From positions 192,001 to 256,000 of the forward strand of contig JBGSZS010000004.1 of the NCBI GenBank assembly GCA_041750285.1: a DNA stretch of 64,000 nt, in the 5' to 3' direction. The stretch comes from Candidatus Fermentibacteraceae bacterium. Lineage in GTDB: Bacteria > Fermentibacterota > Fermentibacteria > Fermentibacterales > JCC-6. Each line of letters begins with the position of its first letter. Position 1 is the first letter of the stretch. The notes under the pieces were generated by a model, which worked only from the letters and a program-made list of their open reading frames with translations, was not told the origin of the DNA and did no database searches. The position numbers were made by a program, and so were the translations under genes. Shown piece by piece: positions 42,877 to 52,375 of this stretch.

Positions 42877-43416
42877 TTAGAAGAAGCTCACCCTGAAGTC
42901 GGCCACGACCGGGTTAAGGTCCTTGAGAAGGGAAGACGGAAAGGCGCTGTCGCCCATGAACTCGGCCGGGCTCTCCCCGTCACGGGGCAGAAGCCTTATG
43001 AAAAGGCCTTCGTAGGGTGTTTCCCAGAGAAGGGCGTATCCCTCGTTGTCCCAGGCGTAACCGAGGATCTCGAACTCACCGATGGCGGCCTCGAGCTCCA
43101 CCAGGGTGCTGCCCATGCCTATACCCTCGGCGGTCCTCCAGTAATGGCCCGGCATCCTGACTTCAAGCGGCGTACCACCGTCATTCCACAGAACGGCCAG
43201 TTCCCTGTCGGTGCCGGGGGCCACGACTGTCCCCTCTATGAACATGCCCTCTCCAAGGTTTTCCCTGGTCTGCTCGATGGTCTCTCCAAAGAACAATTCC
43301 CCGAGTGATTCGCGGGTTGTTTCCCGTGTGATGCCGGCCACCCCCTGCGGGGTCACCAGCGGGGGGGGTATGACGAGTATCGTTTTCGCTGTCAGAACGA
43401 GGGCCAACATGAACAT
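42877..43416 (-). CDS. Hypothetical exported protein
   Basis: AAGGAG SD, hydrophobic N-terminus, WRTAEGIGMGSTLVELE segment; no family assigned. Confidence 0.7.
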   Translation of the reverse strand: MFMLALVLTAKTILVIPPPLVTPQGVAGITRETTRESLGELFFGETIEQTRENLGEGMFIEGTVVAPGTDRELAVLWNDGGTPLEVRMPGHYWRTAEGIGMGSTLVELEAAIGEFEILGYAWDNEGYALLWETPYEGLFIRLLPRDGESPAEFMGDSAFPSSLLKDLNPVVADFRVSFF

Positions 43417-43645
43417 GCGCTGCTCCTTCGGGAAGTGAAATCACTGGTCACGGGTGGTCACGTAAGCACAAATGTAATCTAACCCATCATCATGACCCGG
43501 AAAAGGAAACCCCTTCCGCACCTGTACATGTAAGGGCGTCAGCTGTTTCCGCATTGCGCCACAGCAGTAAACTTGACAAGCAGGCAGTTCTGCGCAATAA
43601 ATAACGCGCTTCCGAATTGTGTTCTTTTTTTGTGAGGAGGGTTTC

Positions 43646-44485
43646 ATGCAGTTTTTAATGATCGCACTTTGCCTGACCGGCTTCTCTGAAGACGGCAACC
43701 TCAACAGCGGCGGCATCTCCGACTGGTCTCCGGTCGACGCATCCATCACCTTCAACGTTCTCAACACCTGGACCATCACCTGGGCAGACCAGGTCCTGGG
43801 CCTTGCCACCTGGGAAAACGGTTCCTCGGTCAACATCGTCTACTGCGAAAGCTCCGGCATGGAGATCGGCAGCCTCAACCCCGCAACCGGCGGCAGCGCA
43901 GGTTCCCAGTCCAAGCCCTCCGGCGCCCAGATGGGTTTCGGCATCGCCTTCAACGACAACCTGACCACCCCGGTCTGGCACATCAACAGCTGGCAGAACG
44001 CAAACCTCTGGTACACCGAAGACCTCTTCTCCACCTGGCAGACCATCTCGAACCCCGCTTCAACCGGTGGCCGCGGAATGAGCTACAACGGTACCGACTA
44101 CTGGCAGAACAACTCGACCAGCCTCGTCCGCTTCCAGCCCGGAGTGGGCGCCGAGACTTTCTCGGGCGTCGCCCCCACCCAGATCTCGGGCGTTGCCTGC
44201 GTCCCCGGTGACAACCCCTCTTACGACTACGTCATGGTCACCACCTACAACACCGACACCTTCATCCTCTGCTCCTATGACGGCGCAAGCCTCACCCAGG
44301 TCGCAACTGGAACCACCCCCAGCGGGCTGGGCAACTCGAACCGTCTGGGCCTCACCTACAGCTACGACCGCGAGAGCCTCTTCTTCGCCTACGCCATCAG
44401 CGGCGGATACGCCATCAGCGAGATGGAGTTCGACGTGGTCTCCCTCAGCAGGGACACCTGGGCAGGCATCAAGAGCTCCTTCTAG
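43646..44485 (+). CDS. Secreted beta-rich protein with C-terminal TWxxIK tail
   Basis: GAGGAGG SD, signal-like N-terminus, strongly C-ending codons, repeated GLA/GIA/GMS/GLT strand motifs, ends SLSRDTWAGIKSSF. Confidence 0.8.
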   Translation: MQFLMIALCLTGFSEDGNLNSGGISDWSPVDASITFNVLNTWTITWADQVLGLATWENGSSVNIVYCESSGMEIGSLNPATGGSAGSQSKPSGAQMGFGIAFNDNLTTPVWHINSWQNANLWYTEDLFSTWQTISNPASTGGRGMSYNGTDYWQNNSTSLVRFQPGVGAETFSGVAPTQISGVACVPGDNPSYDYVMVTTYNTDTFILCSYDGASLTQVATGTTPSGLGNSNRLGLTYSYDRESLFFAYAISGGYAISEMEFDVVSLSRDTWAGIKSSF

Positions 44486-44503
44486 GGGCTTCGTACAATG
44501 CGC

Positions 44504-44535
44504 GAGGGGCGGGTGAAAACCCGCCCCTCTTCTTT
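44504..44535 (+). terminator. Intrinsic terminator between the secreted-protein gene and convergent rpsD
   Basis: GAGGGGCGGGT-gaaa-ACCCGCCCCTC followed by TTCTTT. Confidence 0.8.
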
Positions 44536-44548
44536 ATCGTTCAGATGA

Positions 44549-45160
44549 CTACTTGGAGTAGAACTCCACCACGGCGCGTTCCTGCACTTCGATCGGCACG
44601 TCCTCACGGGCGGGAATGGCCTTTACCGTGATCTTCCTGTCCTGCGGGGCGGCGTCGAGGAAAGAGGGCACGCCGATCCCGCTGCCTGCGGTGATGTGGT
44701 CCACCACTATCTTGAGGTCGCGGCTCTTCTGTTGAAGGGTGATCTGGTCACCCACGCGGACCAGGAAGCTCGCGATGTCCACCCGTTTGCCGTTGACCTG
44801 GATATGGCCATGGTTCACGAGCTGCCTTGCGGCTGCGATGGTGGGGCTGAAGCCTCCCCTGGCCACCACGTTGTCAAGCCTGCGCTCGATGAGCTGAAGC
44901 AGGTTGACACCGGTCTCTCCGGCCATCCTGCTGGCTTCGGTGTAATAGGCGCGAAGCTGTTTCTCGCTGAGGCCGTAGTTGAACCGGATCTTCTGTTTTT
45001 CCTGAAGCTGGAGACGGAATGTGGATACCCGTCTTCTCTTCTTCATGGCGCCCTGTTCGCCCGGAGTGTTCTGATTCCGGGGTTCCTTGCGCACAAGGCC
45101 CGGAAGCGGTGTTCCGAGAGCCCTGACCTTCTTCAGTCTGGCGCTTCTGAACCTGCCCAT
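44549..45160 (-). CDS. rpsD: 30S ribosomal protein S4 (stand-alone, cysteine-free)
   Basis: LQEKQKIRFNYGLSEKQL, LIERRLDNVV, ARQLVNHGHIQVNGKRVDIASF, VVEFYSK; GGGAG SD before ATG 45160. Confidence 0.96.
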   Translation of the reverse strand: MGRFRSARLKKVRALGTPLPGLVRKEPRNQNTPGEQGAMKKRRRVSTFRLQLQEKQKIRFNYGLSEKQLRAYYTEASRMAGETGVNLLQLIERRLDNVVARGGFSPTIAAARQLVNHGHIQVNGKRVDIASFLVRVGDQITLQQKSRDLKIVVDHITAGSGIGVPSFLDAAPQDRKITVKAIPAREDVPIEVQERAVVEFYSK

Positions 45161-45246
45161 TGAGTTCTCCCGTCTTCTTTCAGGTTTTGTTGCGGCAGCA
45201 TCAGCTCCCACATCTGCCGCAGGCTGCTTACTGGAAACAAGGCCGT

Positions 45247-45275
45247 AACTTACATCAAAAGAAGGGGGCGGTCAA
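45247..45275 (-). promoter_or_regulatory. Sigma70-like promoter of rpsD overlapping the upstream terminator
   Basis: TTGACC (45275-45270)-17 nt-TAAGTT (45252-45247). Confidence 0.6.
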
Positions 45276-45291
45276 GGATGACCGCCCCCTT
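45257..45291 (-). terminator. Intrinsic terminator after the C25 peptidase gene
   Basis: 13-bp stem AAGGGGGCGGTCA-tcct-TGACCGCCCCCTT followed by CTTTT. Confidence 0.85.
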
Positions 45292-45303
45292 TGAGGGGTT
45301 TTG

Positions 45304-47550
45304 CTAGCGGACCACCACGCAGGAACGGGAAACCGTGCCTTCCGGGGAGGAGAGCCTGTAGAAGTACACGCCCCCGGGCACCATCGCGCCGCGGGAATCG
45401 GCCCCGTCCCAGACAACGGAGTGGTTGCCTGCGGGAAGGTCACCCTGCTGAAGGGTTCTGACGACCCTGCCGGAAAGGTCGAAGACCTGAAGCGATACGT
45501 GTCCGGCCGAAGTGGTCGTGAAGCCAAGCGAAGCTCCAGTGGTTATCGGGTTGGGGATAGCTGCGCCCAGGTGGAAACCGGGGATGGGGGCGCCGGATTC
45601 TGCTGCCGTGCCGACACCGGTCGGAACCATGACCTGCATGGGGTAGAGGTTGTGCGCGGTGACCGTGAGTGTGACCTCGTCGGAACCCGGCACTGCGGGA
45701 ATGTTGAGCGTGACGGCCCCGGATGAGTTGGTCCTGCCGCTGGCGAGCACGGTGCTGCCCTGACAGAGGCCCACCAGGGCGTTCTCGACGGGTGAACCGC
45801 CGGCGGTGACGTTGACGGCGAAGCTGCCCACAGCCACCTGGGAGGGGTACGTTGCGCTGAGGTGGACCAGGGGACCGGTGGTCGTGAAGATGTCGTGCTC
45901 GGGCTCGCCCATGATCATGTGCATGTTGCTGTTGCTTGTGCTGCCCGTGTACTCGTAGGCCTTGATCTTGCCGTAGTCGAAGGCCTGGCCCATGTGGTGC
46001 ATGTCGAGCTGGAAATAGCCCTTGAACTGGTAAAGGGCCAGGGAATCGGTGGGACCGACGGGGCTGTTCACGCTGGCGCCCATGAAGCCGACAGCGCCCC
46101 GGGGAGTTGCGATCGAGCCGCTCTTCAGCCAGGCTTCACCGAAGCAGTCACCGCTGCCGCCGTCGGCGAACTGGCAGTTCACACAGGCGATGGAGCTGAT
46201 CCAGGGGAGCTTGCGGCCGTTGGTGAGCGCTGCCACGTTGCTGTTGCTGAAACCGGTGGTGACCCAGGTGGTGCGTGAACCGTGACCGATGTAGCTGATG
46301 AGCGAAAGACCGCTGTTGATCTCATCCGAAATGAGGCCGATCGTGGGGTTGATGCCGCCGTAGGCGCCGGAGGGGCAGTAGAGGGTGACGTCCATGTTGC
46401 CGTCGCCAGCCATTATCTGCATGTAGCGCCATGACATGAGCGGGTCCTGGAAGTCGTTAGAACCTATGCTGATGGCATACTGGAACCAGCTTGCGGCGGG
46501 TTCGTAGGGGTCGATCTCGTAGGACCAGACCTTCCAGGAGACGTAGTTGAGGGTGGCGGTATCGGCGCAGAGCCTTCCCACGTGGATGCTGGGGTCGACG
46601 CCGCTGCCGATGACCCCGTACTGGTTGTCGGAGGCGATGCTGCCAACCCAGTAGGCCGGAACGCCCACTTCGTCGCCCAGAAGAAGAACGTATTCGGGAG
46701 GGTTCGCCCAGGTATTGAAGGCGTTGGTTATGTAGGCGTCGACGGCGCTGGATGAAAAGCCGATGTTCTCCATCAGGCCGATCTGAACGTCGAGACCCTT
46801 CTCCCTCTTCCACTGGATGAGGTCGGAGCACAGGTCGACCGCCGCGGAGGAACCGATGACAAGGTAGGAACCGTCAATGACGGCATCGGTTTCCTGGAAG
46901 CCCAGGACTTCGCGGTAGTAGGGAAGGAAGCTGCGTGTCAGACCGGCAGACGCCCGGAAAAGCTCGTTCTCGCCGGGTGCGCCGTTGTTCACAAGTCTTA
47001 CGGTGACGCTGGTTGTGATTACGGTTTCACCCGTGACGGGGTTGACCTGGACCGGGTTGAAGCAAACCCACGCCACCCTGATGTCGCGGAGGATGCTGAT
47101 GCTCTGCAGGGTGACAGGCGAAGATGGATAGAAACCGCTTGTGCCGTAGACTTCGTCGTTCACCCGGAGGGGGGGCTGGAAGCCGCTTCTCTCCGGAAAG
47201 GGCTGGGCCGGAAGGACGTTGTAGTTTCCAAGAACGCTCGTTTCGGCGCTGACGATCTCGATGTCGATACCGCCTGTAGCGGGGATCTGGACCATCCTGC
47301 GGATCACGGGAAGGTCGGGGGTGCCGATCTCCGCTCCGTAACCGCCACCGGGAACCCTGAATACCACACCCGGCCCGTAACCATCCAGACTGGCGGCACC
47401 GGCCTCGAGTGCGGTGAGATTGAAACGGACGAGCTGACCGGAATCGGTGCCCAGGTATTCGGCCGATGCCACGGGCTCGGGAGCGCGGTACACGATTCCC
47501 GCCGAAGCCGAGAACACAATGAGCAATACTGTAATAACAAGATACTTCAC
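45304..47550 (-). CDS. Gingipain-like C25 cysteine peptidase with propeptide and C-terminal FlgD-Ig/T9SS-type sorting domain
   Basis: Signal peptide; propeptide G.PDLP; WKREKG, YVLLLGD, IHVGRL; catalytic YIGHGS and SIACVN; tail PNPI..VFDLSGRVVRTL..WDG.D..G..VPGGVYFYRL. Confidence 0.9.
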   Translation of the reverse strand: MKYLVITVLLIVFSASAGIVYRAPEPVASAEYLGTDSGQLVRFNLTALEAGAASLDGYGPGVVFRVPGGGYGAEIGTPDLPVIRRMVQIPATGGIDIEIVSAETSVLGNYNVLPAQPFPERSGFQPPLRVNDEVYGTSGFYPSSPVTLQSISILRDIRVAWVCFNPVQVNPVTGETVITTSVTVRLVNNGAPGENELFRASAGLTRSFLPYYREVLGFQETDAVIDGSYLVIGSSAAVDLCSDLIQWKREKGLDVQIGLMENIGFSSSAVDAYITNAFNTWANPPEYVLLLGDEVGVPAYWVGSIASDNQYGVIGSGVDPSIHVGRLCADTATLNYVSWKVWSYEIDPYEPAASWFQYAISIGSNDFQDPLMSWRYMQIMAGDGNMDVTLYCPSGAYGGINPTIGLISDEINSGLSLISYIGHGSRTTWVTTGFSNSNVAALTNGRKLPWISSIACVNCQFADGGSGDCFGEAWLKSGSIATPRGAVGFMGASVNSPVGPTDSLALYQFKGYFQLDMHHMGQAFDYGKIKAYEYTGSTSNSNMHMIMGEPEHDIFTTTGPLVHLSATYPSQVAVGSFAVNVTAGGSPVENALVGLCQGSTVLASGRTNSSGAVTLNIPAVPGSDEVTLTVTAHNLYPMQVMVPTGVGTAAESGAPIPGFHLGAAIPNPITTGASLGFTTTSAGHVSLQVFDLSGRVVRTLQQGDLPAGNHSVVWDGADSRGAMVPGGVYFYRLSSPEGTVSRSCVVVR

Positions 47551-47606
47551 CGTTTACCTCCGATTGGGTTAGCAGCTGCAAAAACGCATCAAACAGGTAT
47601 GTTTCA

Positions 47607-47635
47607 AAATTACATCTCTTTTACCCGCAAGTCAA
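47607..47635 (-). promoter_or_regulatory. Sigma70-like promoter of the C25 peptidase gene
   Basis: TTGACT (47635-47630)-17 nt-TAATTT (47612-47607) in an AT-rich intergenic stretch. Confidence 0.6.
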
Positions 47636-47669
47636 TAAGAAGTTTCAGGAACCTTGCGGAGAGACGGTT

Positions 47670-50600
47670 CTACATGCCGCTCCCGGTTTCGATGACCCTG
47701 AGCGCCCGGGCGACCGCTGTCTCGAGCTGTCTGTCCACACCAATGCCGTAATCGGAGGGAAGGGCAATGACCTCGAGATCGGGAGTGACACCGTTGTTCT
47801 CAAGGTTCAACCCCGAAAGCGTGTACCAGCCCGTTCCGGGAAGCCTGAACGATGTGCCGTCGGCGAGGTTCACGTCGACCGTGCCGATCACGGCCCCGTA
47901 CGTGGCGGTGCCAACCACGGGACCCAGCCCCATCTCCTTCCAGGCAGCGGCGAATATCTCCGCGTCGGAGTAGCAGGTCTGGTCAACGATAAGAACCAGG
48001 GGGCCCCTCCAGACTCCCAGCGGCTCGATGGTGCCCCTTCCCGATCTGCCCCGGCTGCTGGCATAGGCGGGACGCCCGAGGCTTTCGAGGATCTGGTCAT
48101 GGGTGCTTCCGCCGCCGTTGCCCCTTATGTCTACGATCATGGCTTCGCGGTCCAGTCCTTCGGCATACAGGTCCCGCCTGAACTCTTCGACCGCTTCCTG
48201 GTTCATCGCGGGTATGTGCAGGTAGCCCACCCTGTCTCCCGAAAACTCGCTGACCATCCTTCTGTTACGGGCAACCCACTCCTCATACTCGAGCTGCCAG
48301 ATCCTCCATGCCGACGTGGGTTCCAGTTCGACTTCCCTTGTTCCGCCGGAGCCCGCGACCTGCAGCGTCACCTTCCTCCCTGCGGTGAGTTGCAGCGGTG
48401 CGTAGAGGTTTTCATTCATGCCAACGGGAACGCCGTCGATGGAGAGTATGATGTCGCCCGGGTAAAGCCTTTCCGCTCCCATGTGGGCCGGCGAGCCGGG
48501 GATCACACTGTCGACCCGGATCCCCCCTCCGGCCGGAAATGTGCCGGGCAGTATGCCGAGCTCCCCCGTGTAAGCGGTGCGCTCGTAGCTCCACGGTCCC
48601 CAGATGCCCAGATGCGATGCGCTCAGCTCACCGAGCATGCGCCTCACCACGTCGTTGAAATCGGTGTTCAGAACGCACTGCACCGCCCGCGGGCGGTACA
48701 CGTCCCGAAGGGCTTCCCAATCAGTCCCGTGCATTCCCTCGTCGTAGAAGTTGTCGCGAAGGAGCCTCCAGGCGTGATCGAACTTGGCGGCCTGAAGCGC
48801 AGGTATGTCGACAGTGAATGGACATGCCCAGCCGTACACCGTTCCGCCGCCCCCCTCGGGAGGAATGGATCTGACGGTATTCCCGTAACTGAGGAAGAAG
48901 ACCTCGCCGGACTCGACGGGCTGTATCCGGGTGGGCTGTAGCCCTCCGAAGGTGAGCCTCGAAAGGTCCTCGCCCCGCCAGGAAACCGACCAGAGGTCCA
49001 TCTGATCATCCTGATCATGGCCGGGGAGGAACACTGTCCTGCCGTCGGAAGAGACACCGTAGAACTCGTACCATGCCCTGACGGTGCAGAGGGTTTCCAC
49101 CCGGCGGACGAAATCGGTGAAATCGATCTCGACGTCACAGGAAGCGCTGTCGAGAATCTCCTCTCTGTCGTCGGCCGGGGTGTACCAGTCACTGCTGCGG
49201 AGCCACGCCTGCCTTATGGAGTAGTACCCGTCGTCGGTGCGGCTGGCCCATATCAGCCTCCGTCCGTCGGAAGTCCAGACCGGCTGGAAGTCGTCGTTCG
49301 GGTGGCGGCTGACGTTAAGCGGTTCGCCTCCCCTTGAGGAAACGATGAAAACGTCCTCGCGGTGTGCTTCCCAGGGAGCGCTGAACGCGATCCATCGGCC
49401 GTCGGGTGACCATGAGTGGTGGATCAGGCCCCGTGTGTCGCAGACCTGCCGGGAGACTCCGGTTCGGATCTCGTGAATGTACAGCCTGTCGTTCTGGTCG
49501 AGGAATGAGATCATGCTTCCGTCGGGGCTCCACCTGCCCGACCTTGCGACGAGGGTCCCGGTTTCAAGTGTTCGAACCCCGTAACCGCTTTCCGGCGAGC
49601 CTTCGGCCAGAACGAGCCTGACCCCCGTCCCGTCCTCCCTCTGATAAAGGAGGGACCCGCAGTCGGGGCTGAACTCGGGGCCTTCCTCGAGAGAGGCTGA
49701 CCCGGTGAGCCTTTCCATCTCCTCCCTGATCCCGCCCTCCTCAATGATGCCCGTGTAGATGGCGCCCGAGGCCACAAGGGCGATGAGCCGCCCGTCCGGA
49801 GAGACGGCATAGTCATCGGTGTAAATACCCGCCAGCTCGACGTTCAGGGTGGGAAAGGGGTAGTCCGTCGAGGCGTTGACGTGAACGGTGTCGGGCGACC
49901 AGTCGGCCGTTGACACCGTAAGAAGCTCGCCCGCGCTCTCGAAAGCGATGGTTCCGCCGCCGTGACCCGGGAAGGTGACACCCCCGGGGAACGGCCCCGA
50001 CACAGCCACTGCGCCTGTCTCAGAAAGGGCCCAGAAGCGGTCGTTCCCGTCTTCATCCTCCATCACGAAGTGGACGGTACCGTTCACCATCATTGGCCAG
50101 CGCTGATCCCTCGGGTCCGGGCAAAGGGGCGTCCAGTCGGAGCCGGAACCTGACCAGAGCCCTGAAGAAGCGCTTCCCCTGTAATGCCTTACCCACCAGG
50201 GGGTGCTTCCCGTCTCGATGATGAAACCTTCGGGTCCGCAGGCAATGCTCCTTACAGGAGCGGCTATCAGCAGCTCGGGTGTTCCGCCCGTGACAGGCAC
50301 CGAGTAAACCCACCCGCTTCCGCCTTCCCTCGAACTCGTGAACAGGATGCGGTCAGCCTCCCAGCCCAGCACAAGGTCCTCGCCGCTGTGAAAGGTCAGC
50401 CGTGAGGCGCTACCTCCGGACGAAGGCATGACGTAGACATCGCCTCCCCCGGTGACGGAGCTTGTATAGGCAATCCAGGCGCCGTCGGGGCTCCACTCCG
50501 GGTTGGAGACGACCCCTCCCCCGGGTGTCACGCACCTCGGGTCTCCCCCCCCGGCGTCCACCAGGAAGAGCATGCCGCGCCAGACGAAGGCCAGCCCGGT

Positions 50601-50687
50601 CCCGTCGGGGGACGGGGCGGGATACCTCGCTTCGGTCACCGGTGGGGAGGAGATGACTCCGAAAAGCATTATCAGAAAGAACATCAC
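47670..50687 (-). CDS. Tricorn-like S41 protease (PD40 propellers, PDZ, S41 core)
   Basis: Repeated WSPDG motifs, MLGELSASHLG, PDZ-like PGSPA..PGDIILSIDG, GYLHI, DIRGNGGG, YSDAE, ENNGVTPD. Confidence 0.92.
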   Translation of the reverse strand: MMFFLIMLFGVISSPPVTEARYPAPSPDGTGLAFVWRGMLFLVDAGGGDPRCVTPGGGVVSNPEWSPDGAWIAYTSSVTGGGDVYVMPSSGGSASRLTFHSGEDLVLGWEADRILFTSSREGGSGWVYSVPVTGGTPELLIAAPVRSIACGPEGFIIETGSTPWWVRHYRGSASSGLWSGSGSDWTPLCPDPRDQRWPMMVNGTVHFVMEDEDGNDRFWALSETGAVAVSGPFPGGVTFPGHGGGTIAFESAGELLTVSTADWSPDTVHVNASTDYPFPTLNVELAGIYTDDYAVSPDGRLIALVASGAIYTGIIEEGGIREEMERLTGSASLEEGPEFSPDCGSLLYQREDGTGVRLVLAEGSPESGYGVRTLETGTLVARSGRWSPDGSMISFLDQNDRLYIHEIRTGVSRQVCDTRGLIHHSWSPDGRWIAFSAPWEAHREDVFIVSSRGGEPLNVSRHPNDDFQPVWTSDGRRLIWASRTDDGYYSIRQAWLRSSDWYTPADDREEILDSASCDVEIDFTDFVRRVETLCTVRAWYEFYGVSSDGRTVFLPGHDQDDQMDLWSVSWRGEDLSRLTFGGLQPTRIQPVESGEVFFLSYGNTVRSIPPEGGGGTVYGWACPFTVDIPALQAAKFDHAWRLLRDNFYDEGMHGTDWEALRDVYRPRAVQCVLNTDFNDVVRRMLGELSASHLGIWGPWSYERTAYTGELGILPGTFPAGGGIRVDSVIPGSPAHMGAERLYPGDIILSIDGVPVGMNENLYAPLQLTAGRKVTLQVAGSGGTREVELEPTSAWRIWQLEYEEWVARNRRMVSEFSGDRVGYLHIPAMNQEAVEEFRRDLYAEGLDREAMIVDIRGNGGGSTHDQILESLGRPAYASSRGRSGRGTIEPLGVWRGPLVLIVDQTCYSDAEIFAAAWKEMGLGPVVGTATYGAVIGTVDVNLADGTSFRLPGTGWYTLSGLNLENNGVTPDLEVIALPSDYGIGVDRQLETAVARALRVIETGSGM

Positions 50688-51466
50688 TTCTCCTTCTGCG
50701 CATGTATGAGAAGCCTTGGCGAACAGTCCGGGTCGAAGGGGCTGCCGTCGTAGTCACCCCACAGGTCGCACACCCTGAGGCCTGCACGCTCAGTATCCCC
50801 GACTGCTTCCATCACATCGAAGGCGGCAAGCTCGAGGACTACCCTGCGGACATCCCCTCCCCCCCCGGGGTGTTCGGTGGTGTAGACCATGTCGTACACA
50901 ACCGAACTACGCCCCACGGGGCGGAGAACTTCCTCGTCGAGGGAAAGACGGCGCCCGTCAGGCAGCATGACCTGGTAACGGCGGGTTCTGCCCTCGGGGT
51001 ACCTTCGGGCGAAGGCGGGGCTGACCTCGATGATGAGCGAACCGCCCCGGTTCAGGACACGGCATGCCTCGCAAAGGGTCGCCCGTCTGCCTTCCCTGTC
51101 CAGAATGCATTGAAGCCCGTTGTATGGAAAGCACACGAACATGAAGCTGTGGGAACGAAAGGGAATGAGCTGACCGAGACCCCTCACCCTGGAAGCAAGC
51201 CTTACGTCAGCGGGTGCCCACGAGGCCAGCATGGCGGAGCTGGGTTCGAGGGCCGCCATGAAGCTGCCTTCGTAAAGGCTCGCCGCAAGCCTGCCGGAGC
51301 CGGCGCCGATCTCAAGGCAGCTGCCCGGATGGCTGGCACGGAAGCTCCTGTAGAACTCCATCTCCCTGAGGTCGTGGGTGAAGACCGTCCCCTCCTCGGC
51401 GTTGAAAAAGGGAGCGTAGTCGTCCCAGACGTCAGACGATGAAGGCGCGAATGAATCTTTCAACAC
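50684..51466 (-). CDS. Class I SAM-dependent methyltransferase
   Basis: LEIGAGSGR motif I, RVLNRGG, WGDYDGSPF. Confidence 0.8.
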   Translation of the reverse strand: MLKDSFAPSSSDVWDDYAPFFNAEEGTVFTHDLREMEFYRSFRASHPGSCLEIGAGSGRLAASLYEGSFMAALEPSSAMLASWAPADVRLASRVRGLGQLIPFRSHSFMFVCFPYNGLQCILDREGRRATLCEACRVLNRGGSLIIEVSPAFARRYPEGRTRRYQVMLPDGRRLSLDEEVLRPVGRSSVVYDMVYTTEHPGGGGDVRRVVLELAAFDVMEAVGDTERAGLRVCDLWGDYDGSPFDPDCSPRLLIHAQKEK

Positions 51467-52346
51467 CCCCGAGACACTCCTTCTCCCTCTTCTTCAGGTC
51501 TTCCAGGGCGGCTCTCGCATGGCATGCGGAAAGGGAATGCAGGCCGGTCAGGGCCGAAGACACCTCATCGAACGCCAGTGCAAGGTCGAGGGCGGCCCGG
51601 GTGGAGCCAGGCTTCATTGAGGCGGCTTCCCGGATGAATCCTGCCGCCATCTGTCTGCATTCCCCCATTACCAGCGAAAGATGCGTTCCGGGAAAACCAT
51701 GACCTTCCGACCTGGACAGAACAGCGATCCAGCGGTCGTACACCCGAGGGCCGCTGACGCAGCCGTACCAGGAGTGGCCGGCGGGGTTGGACCTGCTTGA
51801 AACGAAGTAGCGGAGGCTTCCTATGACAACATCCTCACGGGAGGCGGCGGGGCCGGTCGTTCCAAAACCATGGAAGGAAACCGACCGGCATTCCCCGAGC
51901 TGCTCCCATGAGCCGTAGTCGAGGCGGTCGGGAAAGGTCTCGCCCCCGGGAACGGAGGGTGCGGCAAGGAGAAAACCGTTCTCGTCGAAGCCGGTGATGA
52001 GCTGATGTTCCAGACCCTTGACGGAACACGGCACACCCCTCGATGCCAGACGCCGTATGCCGCGTTCAAGTCTGTTCCTCTCTTCCGCCGTGATGTCGGG
52101 ACCGAAATGGCCCAGATCGGCGTGAAGGATGCCCAGGTTGGCAAGAAGGCCGTCGAACGCTCCAAAAGGCCAGTTGTGAATGGACTGGCGGCTGATCCCG
52201 CGGTCGGCGTTGAGCAGGAAGGCGATCCCCGACCCCCCGAAAAGGAACTGGTCGGAGTGCGGATAACCGTGGTAATCGGATGCTCCGGCAACGACACCCA
52301 TGAGGGAGGTGCGCATTGGGGGCTGCAGAAGGCTTCTCGCTGTCAT
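51432..52346 (-). CDS. Hypothetical protein
   Basis: 304-aa ORF filling the gap in a run of minus-strand genes; no family assigned. Confidence 0.6.
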   Translation of the reverse strand: MTARSLLQPPMRTSLMGVVAGASDYHGYPHSDQFLFGGSGIAFLLNADRGISRQSIHNWPFGAFDGLLANLGILHADLGHFGPDITAEERNRLERGIRRLASRGVPCSVKGLEHQLITGFDENGFLLAAPSVPGGETFPDRLDYGSWEQLGECRSVSFHGFGTTGPAASREDVVIGSLRYFVSSRSNPAGHSWYGCVSGPRVYDRWIAVLSRSEGHGFPGTHLSLVMGECRQMAAGFIREAASMKPGSTRAALDLALAFDEVSSALTGLHSLSACHARAALEDLKKREKECLGGVERFIRAFIV

Positions 52347-52375
52347 CCCGCGAATACCTTTCGCAAGGGGAAGGA

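Noticed and set aside
41848..43308. 486-aa plus-strand ORF
   Set aside because: Antisense to two minus-strand genes that have SDs, signal peptides and a terminator.
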